64,000 nucleotides of DNA from Octopus vulgaris (Eukaryota): NCBI GenBank assembly GCA_951406725.2, contig OX597826.1, positions 22,816,001-22,880,000 of the forward strand, written 5' to 3'. Made by a program: the position numbers and the translations under genes. Within the stretch, counting starts at the first letter, position 1. Each line of letters starts with the position of its first letter. Shown one piece after another: positions 52,901 through 64,000 of the stretch. A model generated the notes under the pieces. The model was not told the origin of the DNA. It saw nothing but the letters and a program-made list of their open reading frames with translations, and searched no databases.

Positions 52901-55900
52901 TGGTTGCTTAATAATCAGGACACAGTAGCTGACGTAAGCGTAGTCTGGACCTAGTTATTAAAGCTGTGAGGTTTCGATTCTAGGATGGTTGTTTAATAAG
53001 CAGGCCACGTTGCCTGACTTAAGCGTGGTCTGGACCTAGATATTAAAGCTGTGACACTTGATCCTAGGGTGGCTGGTTAATAACCATTACAAGTTGCCTA
53101 ACTTAAGCGTGGTCTGGACCTAGGTATTAAAGCTGTGAAGCTTCGATTCCAGGTTGGTTGTTTAATAACCTGTACACGTTGCCTGATTTAAGCGTGGCCT
53201 GGACCACGTTATTAAAGCTGTGAGGCTTCGATTCCTAGGTTGGTTGGATAACAACCAGGACACGCTGCCTGACTTGAGCGTTGTCTGGACCTAGTTATTA
53301 AAGCTGTGAGGCGTCGATTCTACGTTGGTTTGTTAATAACCAGGACACGTTGCCTAACTTAAGCGTGGTCTGGACATATTTATTAAAGCTGTGAGGCTTC
53401 GAGTCTAGGTTGGTTGGTTAATAACCAGGACACGTTGCCTGATTTAAGCGTGGTCTGGACCTAGTTATTATAGCTCTGAGGTTTCGATTCTACGTTCGTT
53501 GTTTAATAACCAGGACACGTTGTCGGACTTTAGCGTAGTCTGGACCTAGTTATTAAAGCTGTGAGGCTTCGATTCTAGGTCGGTTGGTTAATAACCAGGA
53601 CACGTTGCCTAACTTAAGCGTGGTCTGGACCTAGTTATTAAAGTTGTGAGGCTTCGATTCAACGAAGGTTGTTTAATAACCAGAAGATGTTTCCTGACTT
53701 GTGCGTCGTGTGGACCTATTTATTAAAGCTGTGAGGTTTCGATTCTAGGCTGGTTGGTTAATAACCAGGACACGTTGCCTGATTTAAGCGTACTCTGGAC
53801 CTAGTTATTAAAGCTGTGAGGCTGTGATACTAGGTTGGCTGGTTAATAACCAGGACAAGTTGCCTAACGAAAGCGTGGTCTGGACCTAGTTATTAAAGCT
53901 GTGAGGCTTCGATTCTAGGTTGGTTGGTTAATAACCAGGACAGTTGCCTTAACTTAAGCGTGGCCTTGACCTAGTTATTAAAGCTGTGAGGCTTCGATTC
54001 TAGGTTGGTTGGTTAATTACCAGGACACGTTGTCTGATTTCAGCGCGTCCTGGACCTAGTTATTAAAGCTGTGAGGTTTCGATTCTAAGTTGGTTGGTTA
54101 ATAACCAAGACACGTTGCTTAACTTAAGCGTGGTCTGGACCTAGTTATTAAAGCTGTGAGGCTTCGATTCGAGGTTGGTTGGTTAATTACCAGGACAAGT
54201 TGCCTGATTTAAGCGTGGCCAGGACCTAGTTATTAAAGCTGTGAGGCTTCCATTCTAGGTTGGTTGGTTAATTACCAGGACACGTTGTCTGATTTCAGCG
54301 CGGCTTGGACCTAGTTATTAAAGCTGTGAGGTTTCGATTCTAAGTTGGTTGGTTAATAAGCAAGACACGTTGCTTAACTTAAGCGTGGTCTGGACCTAGT
54401 TATTAAAGCTGTGAGGCTTCGATTCTAGGTTGGTTGGTTAATAACCAGGACAGTTGCCTTAACTTAAGCGTGGCCTGGACCTAGTTATTAAAGCTGTGAG
54501 GCTTCGATTCTAGGTTGATTGGTTAATACCCAGGACACATTGCCTGAGTTAAGCGTAATCTGGACCAAGTTATTAAAGCTGTGAGGTTACATTCTAGGTT
54601 GGTTGTTTAATAACCGGGACACAGTACCTGACTTAAGCGTGGCCTGGACCTAGTTATTAAAGCTGTGACGCTTCGATTCTACGTTGGTTTGTTAATAACC
54701 AGGACACGTTGCCTAACTTCAGATTGGCCTGAACCTAGTTATTAAAACTGTGAGGCTTCGATTCTAGGTTGGTTGATTAATAACCAGGACACATTGCCTA
54801 ACTTAAGCGTGGCCTGGACCTCGGTATCAAAGCTGTGAAGCTTCGATTCTAGGTTGGTTGGCTAACAACCAGGACACGTTTCCGGAATTTAGCGTGGTCT
54901 GAACAAAGTTATTAAAGCTGTGAAGCTTCGATTCTAGTTTGGTTTGTTGATAACCAGGACATGTTGCCTGACTTAAGCGTAGTCTGGACCTAGTTAGTAG
55001 AGCTGTGAGGCTTTGATTCTAGGTTGGTTAGTTAATAACCAATACACGTTGCCTAAATTAAGCGTGGTCTGGGCCTCGGTATTAAAGCTGTGAGGCTTCG
55101 TTTCTAGGTTGATTGTTTAATAACCAAGACACGTTGCCTAATGAAAGCGTGGTCTGGACTGAGTTATTGAAGCTGTGAGGCGTTATTCTAGGTTGGTTGG
55201 TTAACAACCATGACATGTTGCCTAACTTAAACGTGGTCTGGACCCAGTTATTAAATCCGTGAGGCTTTGATTCTAGGTTGGTTGGTTAATAACCGGGACA
55301 AGTTGCCTAACTTAAGCGTGGTCTGGACCTAGGTATTAAAGCTGTGAGGCTTCGATTACAGGTCGGTGGGTTAATAACCAGGACACGTTGCCTGATTTAA
55401 GCGTGGCCTGGACCTAGTTATTAAAGCTGTGAGGCTTCGATTCCTATGTTGGTTGGATAACAACCAGGACACACTGCCTGACTTGAGCGTGGTCTGGAAC
55501 TAGTTATTAAAGCTGTGAGGCTTTGATTCTAGTATGGTTGGTTAATAACCAGGACACGTTGCCTGACTTGAGCGTGGTCTGGTCCAAGTTATTATAGCTG
55601 TGAGGCTTTGATTCTAGGTTGGTTGGTTAACAACCAAGACATGTTGCCTAACTTAAGCGTGGTCTGGACCGAGTTATTAAAGCTGTGAGGCTTCGGTTCA
55701 GGTTGGTTGGTTAATAACCAGGACACGTTTCCTGAATTAAGCGTGGTCTGGACCTTGTTATTAAAGCTGTGAATCTTCGATTCTAGTTCGATTGGTTAAT
55801 AACCAGAAGTTGCCTAACTTAAGCGTAGTCTGGACCTAGTTATTAGAGGTGTGAGGCTTTGTTTCTAGTTTGTTTGGTTAATAACCAGGACACGTTGCGT

Positions 55901-58155
55901 AACTTATGCGTGTTCTGGACTTAGTTATTAAAGCTGTGAGGCTTCGATTCCAGGTTGGTTGGTTAATAACCAGGACACGTTTCCTGAATTAAGCGAAGTC
56001 TGGACCTAGTTATTAAAGCTGTGAAGCTTCGATTCTAGTTTGCTTGGTTAATAACCAGGACAAGTTGCTTAACTTAAGCGTGGTCTGGACCTAGTTATTA
56101 AAGCTGTGAGGTTTCGATTCTAGGTTTGTTGTTTAATAATCAGGACACAGTAGCTGACGTAAGCGTAGTCTGGACCTAGTTATTAAAGCTGTGAGGCTTC
56201 GATTCAAGGTTGGTTGTTTAATAAGCAGGCCACGTTGCCTGACTTAAGCGTGGTCTGGACCTAGTTATTAAAGCTGTGAGGCTTTGATCCTAGGTTGGCT
56301 GGTTAATAACCAGGACAAGTTGCCTAACTTAAGCGTGGTCTGGACCTAGGTATTAAAGCTGTGAAGCTTCGATTCCAGGTTGGTTGTTTAATAACCAGTA
56401 CACGTTGCCTGATTTAAGCGTGGCCTGGACCTACTTATTAAAGCTGTGAGGCTTCGATTCCTAGGTTGGTTGGATAATAACCAGGACACGCTGCCTGACT
56501 TGAGCGTTGTCTGGACCAAGTTATTATAGCTGTGAGGCTTTGATTCTAGGTTGGTTGGTTAACAACCAAGACATGTTGCCTAACTTAAGCGTGGTCTGGA
56601 CGAGTTATTAAAGCTGTGAGGCTTCGGTTCAAGTTGGTTGGTTAATAACCAGGACACGTTTCCTGAATTAAGCGTGGTCTGGACCTTGTCATTAAAGCTG
56701 TGAAGCTTCGATTCTAGTTCGATTGGTTAATAACCAGGACACGTTGCCTGACTTAAGCGTAGTCTGGACCTAGTTATTAGATGTGTGAGGCTTTGATTCT
56801 AGTTTGTTTGGTTAATAACCAGGACACGTTGCGTAACTTATGCGTGGTCTGGACTTAGTTATTAAAGCTGTGAAGCTTCGATTCCAGGTTGGTTGGTTAA
56901 TAATCAGGACACGTTTCTTGAATTAAGCGAGGTCTGGACCTAGTTATTAAAGCTGTGAAGCTTCGATTCTAGTTTGCTTGCTTAATAACCAGGACAAGTT
57001 GCCTGACTTAAGCGTAGTCTGGACCTAGTTATGAAAGCTGTGAGGTTTCGATTCTAGGTTGTTTGTTTAATAATCAGGACACAGTACCTGACTTAAGCGT
57101 GGTCTGGACCTAGTTATTAAAGCTGTGAAACTTCGATTCTAGGTTGGTTGGTTAATACCCAGGACACGTTGCGTAACTTCAGCGTGGCCTGGACCTAGTT
57201 ATTAAAGCTGTGAGGCTTCGATTCTAGGCTTGTTGGTTAATACCCAGGACACGTTGCCTGACTTATGCGTGGTCAGGACCAAGTTATTAAAGCTGTGATG
57301 TTTCGATTCTAGGTTGGTTGTTTAATAAGCAGGCCACGTTGCCTGACTTAAGCGTGGTCTGGACCTAGTTATTAAAGCTGTGAGACTATGATTCTAGGTT
57401 GGCTGGTTAATAACCAGTGCAAGTTGCCTAATTTAAGCGTGGTCTGGACCTAGGTATTAAAGCTGTGAGGCTTTGATTCTAGGTTGGGTGGATAACAACC
57501 AGGACACGCTGCCTGACTTGAGCGTGGTCTGGACGTCGTTAAGAAGGCTATGAGGCTTTGATTCGAGGCTGTTTGGTTAACAACCAGGAGACGTTGTTTG
57601 ACATATGCGTAGGCTGGACCTAGTTATTAAAGCTCTGAGGTTTCGATTCTAGGTTGGTTGTTTAATAAGCAGGCCACGTTGCCTGACTCAAGCGTGGTCA
57701 GGACCTAGTTATTAAAGCTGTGAGGCTTCGATTTTAGGTGGGTTCCTTAACAACCAGGACACGTTGTCTTACTTAAGCGTAGTCTGGCCTTACCTATAAA
57801 AACTCTGAGGCTTTGATTCTAGGATGGTTGTAAAACAGCCAGGACACGTTGCCTGACTTAAGTGTACTCTGGACCCAGTTATTAAAGCTGTGAGGCTTCG
57901 ATTCTAGGTTGGTTGGTTAATAACCAGGACACGCTGCGTAACTTAAGCGTGGCAGGGACCTAGTTATTAAAGCTGTGAGGGTTCGATTCTAGGCTGGTTG
58001 GTTAATACCCAGGACACGTTGCCTGACTTATGCGTGGTCAGGACCTAGTTATTAAAGCTGTGAGGCTTCGATTCTAGGTTGGTTGATTAAGAACCAGGAC
58101 ACGTTTCCTAACTTAAGCGTAGTCTGGACCTAGTTATTAAAGCTGTGAGGCTTCG
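46932..58155. repeat. Satellite array, 85-bp monomer, about 130 copies
   Basis: Consensus TAATAACCAGGACACGTTGCCTRACTTAAGCGTGGTCTGGACCTAGTTATTAAAGCTGTGAGGCTTCGATTCTAGGTTGGTTGGT. The register recurs at 47231, 47401, 47571 and 47741 (2x85). Confidence 0.97.
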
Positions 58156-58345
58156 CTACAGTATAAAACTCAATAAGTCTTAGCGTTCTTTTTTCGTATT
58201 ATATTGTTTTCCTGTATATTGCCAATTTGTGAGTAATAATATTTTTAGTTACAGATTCTTAACGTACCAATCGCTGACCCACTGCTTAGCGGTCGTTGAG
58301 AGTAACAAGGGAATAACTCGGAGGAAAGGATTACGCTCCAAGAAC

Positions 58346-58705
58346 ACTGGCAGAAACATTAGCACGCCGGGCGAAATGCTTAGCGGCATTTCGTCTGTCC
58401 TTACGTTCTGAGTTCAAATTCCGTCGAGGTCGACTTTGCCTTTCATCCTTTCGGGGTCGATAAATTAAGTACCAGTTAAGCACTGGGGTCGATGTAATGG
58501 ACTTAATCCGTTTGTCTGTCCTTGTTTGTCCCCTGTGTTTAGCCCCTTGTGAGTAGTAAAGAAATAGGTATTTCGTCTGTCCTTACGTTCTGAGTTCAAA
58601 TTCCGCCGAGATCGACTTTGCCTTTCATCTTTTCAGGGTCGATAAATTAAGTACCAGGTGCGTACTTGGGTTAATCTAATCGACTGGCCTCCTCCCCAAA
58701 AATTT
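58346..58705 (+). mobile_element. SINE family B dimer
   Basis: Two tandem Deu/Nin-like modules. Confidence 0.85.
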
Positions 58706-58709
58706 CTGT

Positions 58710-58905
58710 TACAACGTAACACACGAACATGACTGAAAGTTCTCTCTCTTGTATGTGTGGCTAACGATTTTTCCTATTATGTACATATAATGGCGTACGG
58801 TAACGTCGGAGGAGAAAACAACAACCAAACCGTTGTAAGGTAGGCTACAGTCTTTATGTCATAGATCACGACGATACAACGTAACACACGAACATGACTG
58901 AAAGT
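58710..58905. repeat. Exact 31-bp direct repeat (58710-58740, 58875-58905)
   Basis: tacaacgtaacacacgaacatgactgaaagt occurs twice. Confidence 0.85.
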
Positions 58906-59387
58906 ACATAACGTTTCACCAAAACAAAATATCGTGCGATAATTGGAATGATAAATAAACTCTTCTCAATTAACAAGGGTCTATCCGGCGTCATTTTCAC
59001 AAACAACATATTCACGTCCTTCATCAACTGCGTTAGAGATTACTGTTCTATATAATGCCATCACACATTCTACTTCCTTTATATTCATTGTTCCCCCTCC
59101 ATTAAATGTACATATAACGAAAGATCGTCTAATTTAAACACTCACACACAGATATATATATATATATATATATATTTATTTAGAGAGAGAGAGAGAGAGA
59201 ATAAAATACAGGAAAGCAAACATTTCACATGTAGTTCATAATTCAGTTTGATTCAATAGCTGTTTTAATGACATAAAACATTATTATCTATATAATTACG
59301 TAATTTGAAATAAATATGTTATTAATTGAGTTTTTAATTACCGCGTATATATATTTTTTACGTTTTTAGATCAATCATATATATGTT

Positions 59388-59509
<122 letters not shown>

Positions 59510-59521
59510 CATACATATTTA

Positions 59522-61655
59522 TAATCCTTAAATCCTTAAAAATGTTTTAGCCCGAAGGCCGCGGCCATGCTGGGGCACCACCGCTGAATGAGCTACACTA
59601 ATTTGTGAATCCACCTCTGATACGTGGCACTTGATCAACAAGGGAGTTCGATGCTGCTGCCCGCATCCGCGTCTCCTGTCGTGAGGTAAGTTCATCTGGG
59701 ACTCCCGACAAGAAGAGATCCAGTTTAGTTTTAAAGAAACCCACATCCACACCATGTAAGTCTCTCAGGCATTTAGGGAGGATGTTAAAGAGCTGTGGTC
59801 CTCTGAAACACAAGCTGTTGCAGTATCTGGACCTGTATTTTGATGGTGATGTTGGAATCCTTGGCACCATGCAGTGGCGCCCCGTTCTGCGGTTGGGGTA
59901 ACTTTGAATGCCAAAGTTTGGGACAAGACCCTCCAGGGTTTTCCAGATGTATATCACCGCATATCTCTCCCGTCGCGGCTCTAGGGAGAAGAGGTTTAAT
60001 ACCTTCAGTCTTTCCCAGTAGCTGATATTTTGCATTGAGACGATTTTCTTTGTGTAGCTTCTCTGAATTGCTTCGAGTTCTGCTGTTAGTTTTATATTGT
60101 GTGGTGACCACAGTTGGGAGCAGTAGTCCAAGCGGCTGAGGACGAATGTTTTCCATAGGACCATCAGTGTCTCCTTCTCTCTTGTTCTGAAATCCATCCA
60201 GCTAGCCGTCTGCATTTTATCACCAGATTAGCAATATGCACTTGGAAAGATGAATCATTGCTCATGTCAATGCCCAGGTCACGCACTGATTTTGACTCAG
60301 GGATTGCAATTCTTCCTGGGCCAGTGTATCCAGTCTTCACGGCGTTTACCTTTGTGTTCCAGTAGCGCAGGGCCTGGAACTTACCTGCATTAAACTGCAT
60401 GTTGTTGTCCTCAGCCCACCTGTATATTGTGTCCAGCTCCTGTTGCAGATGCGCAATATTTTCAGGGTTTTGTATTGCGTGGGAGACTTTTGTGTCATCT
60501 GCATAGCTAGCAAGGGTGGTCATCGTAGCAACTGAAGGCATGTCTGAAAGGGCCACTATGAACATCAGTGGGACACCGCTTGTTATTTGTGTTTCCTTGG
60601 AGGTGGCTCCATTGCTCACAACTGCCTGTTTTCTGTCTTTTAGGAAGTTGTGCAGCCACTCTCCAAGTTTTCCGCCTGTGCCGAGACCACGCAGTTTGTG
60701 ACAGATTATACCATGGTCGACCTTATCAAAGGCTTTTGCAAAGTCGAGATATATTACATCCACATGTGAGCCATTTAGTAGCTGTTTCAACACCCAGTCA
60801 TAGTGTTGCAGGAGCTGTGTTAGGCAGCCTCTACCTGGTCGAAATCCATGCTGGGTGTCAGACAGCAAGTCATTTTCTTCAAGGAACATGAATAGTTTCT
60901 TACGGACTATTCGTTCCATGACTTTGCTGATGTGTGAGGTCAGAGAGATAGGCCTATAATTTTTAGCATCTGCTCTGCTACCTCCCTTATGGATAGGGCA
61001 TATTACCCCCTCTTTCAATTTGACTGGGAGCTTACCACTTGCAAGAAAGCTCTGAAAAAGAAGCTGTAGCGGTTTTGCAAGGGCTCGTTTGCACGATTTG
61101 AGAAGGATCGCTGGGAATCCATCATGTCCAGCAGCTGAGTTTGTGTCAATCTCATCTATGGCTAGTGTGATATCATCATCTTCGATGTTGATGTACTCAA
61201 TTTTTGCCTCTTTGGCCGCAGGTAAAGTGACAAAGAATTCTTCTGGGTTGTTTACTTGCCTGTGTCCTAGAGGTGTAGTGAACACACTTTGGAACTGTTC
61301 GTTCAGTATTTCACTTATCCTCGTGGGATTTCCTGTGAGAGAGCCATCTTTTTGGAAGAGAGGTCCTATTCTCTGGTGCACTGTGGCTGTCTCTTTGGCA
61401 AACTTAAAGAAAGCTTTAGGGTTTGATTTTATATTTTCTATTACCCAAGCTTCTTTATCTGCTCTCTCCTTTTCATGGGACTGATGTAGACTTTTCTCAG
61501 TTTCCATTAGCATTCTTTCGAGCCGAGACTTCTCACCACTTTTCGGTGTGCTTGCTCAGGCGGTTCGCAATCCTTGTCCGTCGTCTCATAAGAATCCTCC
61601 TTTCTCTAGGGATCCTGTTTTTGTTCTTGTGTGTGCTGGCCCTGCACACTGGGAC
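59522..61655 (-). mobile_element. 5'-truncated CR1/L2-group LINE with a nearly intact RT (one frameshift near 60190, deletion in the QGS motif)
   Basis: NYRPISLTS, QHGFRPGR, YLDFAKAFDKVDH, SGVP(deleted), YADD, RDLG, RLDYCSQLWSP; tail (TTTAAGGA) repeats; flanked by (TA)n. Confidence 0.92.
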
Positions 61656-61695
61656 ATATTTATATATACATATATGCATATACACACATATATAC

Positions 61696-61739
<44 letters not shown>

Positions 61740-61830
61740 ATACATACATATATATATATATACATACAATTTACTCTTTTACTCTTTTACTCGTTTCAGT
61801 CATTTGACTGCGGCCATGCTGGAGCACCGC

Positions 61831-61915
<85 letters not shown>

Positions 61916-63175
61916 CATACACACACATGCATACATACATACATACATACACACACACACATATATATATATATTGGCCTATTCGCTTAAGCAGCAGGTT
62001 GGCGTCATTTGAAGGCTAAAACAATGCGAAATGCATTGTGACCAGCGATGTGTAGCAACATCTGATAGCCTGGTCGGTCACGGTGATATATATATATATA
62101 CATTATATACTTCGTTATGAGCAACAGAAACGGTATTAGTTCAAAATAGCAATCTGTGAATCATACTCAGAGTAGCTATATTGCTGAAAGCCCGTCCCGT
62201 GATCACCTCTTCAAAACTTATAGTGTTAAAAGGCACAAAAATATATCAATAGCAAACGAAAATCACCCATCACCATTACTAACTACGTATTTCTGCTTCC
62301 CTGGGATTCGTCAGTAGCAAGTATTCACTGGCAATCGCATGCTAATACAAAATCAGCCATTAATGATATAGTGGAACAGGGATTCGAAAACTACTAATAT
62401 TGCAATTATCCTGTTGGCCGACTTAAAATTCGTTATGAGCAATAGAATCAGGATTAGTTCAAAATAGCAATATGTGTATGGTACTTGCAATATCAGTAAT
62501 TTTTAAATCCTAGAGCAGTATGGTCGTTATATTGACGACTGTATCGGCGCCACCATCTTCACCAGACAGCAATAGGATAGTCTTATTGCTTTCTTTAACG
62601 CCTTCCAGCTTTCCTTGAAATTTACCTTCATCGTATCTTATGCTTCTGTTTTACTGATATCTCAATCACCATAAATAATATCCGCCTATCTACCCCTGTC
62701 CACTACAAGCCTACTAACACTCTCTCCAGACTCCACTACTCTTCTTTCCATCTCAAACACACTAGATCTGTCATACCATTCTCCCAATTCCTTGGCCTTC
62801 GTAGGCTCTGCCGCATTCATTCGGATTTCGAATTCCAGTACCATAGAATGTGAGAAATCTTCTTGCGTGGGGTTGATGATGAGAATGGTGATGCAAGACT
62901 ACGTTATTTAAAATGTCTCACATTTAAGACATTAGGATGTGATTTGAGAGAGAGTTTGGCTCCTATTCCTAGCTAGTACCCTCGATCGGACACCCTGCCT
63001 AGCCAGCGATCGCTTCACCGCTTCCTACCCTCTTTACCCATGGTTACAGTCCGTATTCCATTCTCTATTATCTTCCATCCACCTGTCCTCCCATCGAAAG
63101 ATAAACTCTTTCACAACTTCCAATTTCAACTTCCTTTCTACTTTCCTTCCATTTATTGTCCTCCATTATATGTAT

Positions 63176-63519
63176 ACGAGCAAAACGACCCCCATCCAAT
63201 GGACGGTGCTGAGTTGTTAAACATTTAAACCAAATTTGCTCAAACAACTTTGAGAAACACTGATTTAACCTAAATTTGAGACACCAACAAAAGAAGAAAT
63301 AACGATAGACTTTTTTTCTATTCCAAAGAAAAACGATTTCCCACGGCTTTATCGATCGCATTCTCACCTGGAATCGATTTTTGTAATTTTTTCAAGACTT
63401 ATAGACGCCTTGATACCGTCGGTATCTACATATCAAATTTGAGTGCAATTGGATGGAGGATGCCCGAGATCCTAGAAGCCACACACACACACACAGACAG
63501 AACGGATTTTATATGAGAT
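63176..63519 (-). mobile_element. Helitron/DINE-like short element
   Basis: Third copy of the 32289-32821 family. Confidence 0.7.
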
Positions 63520-64000
63520 ATAACAAAATGTCAGTAAATATGTGGACATGTTGGATGTATGTGTGTGTGCGCGCGCACACATACACAAAGTGAACGAGAG
63601 AGAGAGAGATAATAAATAGCAGAAAAGCATAAATTTCACATACAGTCCATAACTCAATTGTGCTCTTCAGCTATTACTATGTCATAAAAACATAATTATT
63701 TATATAATTGTATAATTATGTAATTAGCGTGGATATATATTTTGGATATTTATACACTAATTGTGTGTGTGTGTGTGTGTATTTCGTGACTCTTCGTCCT
63801 TCCTCATCGATTTTAAGATTTAAACTTAATCATTAAATTAAGAAATTTTAAAGAATTTCGTAACAGGTAAGCAACAAAAAAAAAGCTGATTAAATATGAT
63901 CATTTAATACATCTTTTTCCTTATTCCTTAATTTCAAATTCAGACTTCCGATCCCGCCAGGTATCATGTAATTATGTCCCTTGGTTTAATTGTCCACTAG

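Noticed and set aside
46932-58155. CRISPR array
   Set aside because: No unique spacers (the whole unit repeats), no cas genes, eukaryotic context
46932-58155. tRNA gene array, or twister/HDV/hammerhead array
   Set aside because: TTCGATTC resembles a B box, but there is no T stem, A box or cloverleaf. There is no CUGANGA/GAAA. Only partial twister-like (GU..AAGC, GAGGC) and HDV-like (CACGU) words are present, without the required helices.

Overview
AT-rich, repeat-saturated eukaryotic DNA. The SINE families, microsatellite load and LINE types suggest a coleoid cephalopod such as Octopus, but this is inference. No intact host gene is supported, and most ORF-track entries are microsatellite or SINE artefacts. 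Contents: a decayed R4/Dong-like RT (1-1191) and a CR1/L2-like RT (59522-61655); short RTE, Penelope GIY-YIG and maT/Tc1 transposase fragments; dozens of tRNA-derived SINEs; pogo/Tigger, hAT, Harbinger and Mutator-type MITEs; and several non-autonomous Helitrons. The most notable structures are: (1) an 11.2-kb tandem array of an 85-bp unit that folds into two hairpins and shows higher-order duplication; (2) a spacerless 4.4-kb palindrome made of two head-to-head Helitrons; (3) an ORF1-only (CCHC) retroelement inserted in a SINE head and disrupted by a 327-bp foldback element; (4) a tRNA-headed element with a Penelope-type hammerhead ribozyme, whose inverted terminal copy ends exactly at the predicted cleavage site; (5) two SINE/LINE shared-tail pairs. 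Coordinates were read by eye and may be off by a few bases.
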